A stretch of 61,324 nt of DNA, the filler included, from Hausera hauseri (taxonomy: Eukaryota), in NCBI GenBank assembly GCA_046269625.1. It is 11 parts of 11 records of this genome, joined end to end, with 100 filler letters (N's around TTAATTAATTAA, not from the genome) between each part and the next. Parts side by side here need not be neighbours in the genome. Positions count along the whole stretch, not along the records: positions 56,121 to 61,324 come from JBJURY010307943.1; 10 more parts are not named here. One strand, 5' to 3'. Both the position numbers and the translations under genes were made by a program. Numbering within the stretch: position 1 is the first letter of the stretch; the number at the start of each line of letters is the position of its first letter. This document shows positions 61,073 through 61,324 of the stretch, one piece after another. The notes beneath the pieces are model-generated. The model was not told the DNA's origin and did no database searches. It saw only the letters and a list, made by a program, of their open reading frames with translations.

Positions 61073-61324
61073 ATAACTACCCTAACCTCTTCTACTGATA
61101 ACTACCCTAACCTCTTCTACTGATAACTACCCTAACCTCTTCTACTGATAACTACCCTAACCTCTTCTCCTGATAACTACCCTAACCTCTTCTCCTGATA
61201 ACTACCCTAACCTCTTCTACTGATAACTACCCTAACCTCTTCTCCTGATAACTACCCTAACCTCTTCTACTGATAACTACCCTAACCTCTTCTACTGATA
61301 ACTACCCTAACCTCTTCTACTGAT
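61073..61324 (+). repeat. 25-bp tandem repeat (gataactaccctaacctcttct(a/c)ct), running off the window
   Basis: About 10 near-identical units, each with one CCCTAA. Confidence 0.97.

Noticed and set aside
57345-61324. 28-bp, 51-bp and 25-bp arrays as CRISPR
   Set aside because: Head-to-tail repeats without unique spacers, no cas genes, eukaryotic context.
61073-61324. True telomere
   Set aside because: CCCTAA occurs once per 25-bp unit, not as a (CCCTAA)n array.

Overview
The window is not one locus. It is 11 separate eukaryotic contigs joined by ten artificial 100-bp spacers (N44-TTAATTAATTAA-N44), so adjacency across a spacer carries no information. Most of the content is decayed mobile or endogenous viral DNA. 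(i) Maverick/Polinton pieces: two divergently oriented protein-primed DNA polymerase B pseudogenes (1-5896) and a near-complete morphogenesis and integration block with protease, major capsid, core-like protein, two pentons, integrase and packaging ATPase (32690-38613). (ii) Three copies of a CsRn1-clade Ty3/Gypsy retrotransposon (18013-21945, 29360-31050, 50639-55669), each with a ubiquitin-like domain upstream of Gag; two copies keep the terminal di-glycine. (iii) Two copies (5997-11128, 38714-43089) and one distant relative (44847-47542) of a Gypsy-type LTR element. In the two copies the integrase runs into a receptor-like extension: signal peptide, Cys/FN3-like ectodomain, TM helix, apparently inactive DEDDh exonuclease fold, C3HC4 RING. 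(iv) A decayed chuvirus-type class III glycoprotein (12190-13960). (v) Intronless decayed fragments of host genes (a NOV-like/CstF-77 chimera and Brr2), a Tigger/Jerky transposase relic, SINEs, micro- and minisatellites, and a final contig that looks teleost-like. The best candidates for undescribed biology are the Pol-fused receptor-like RING polyprotein and the Ubl-Gag fusion. All protein family calls come from reading motifs by eye; no database searches were run.
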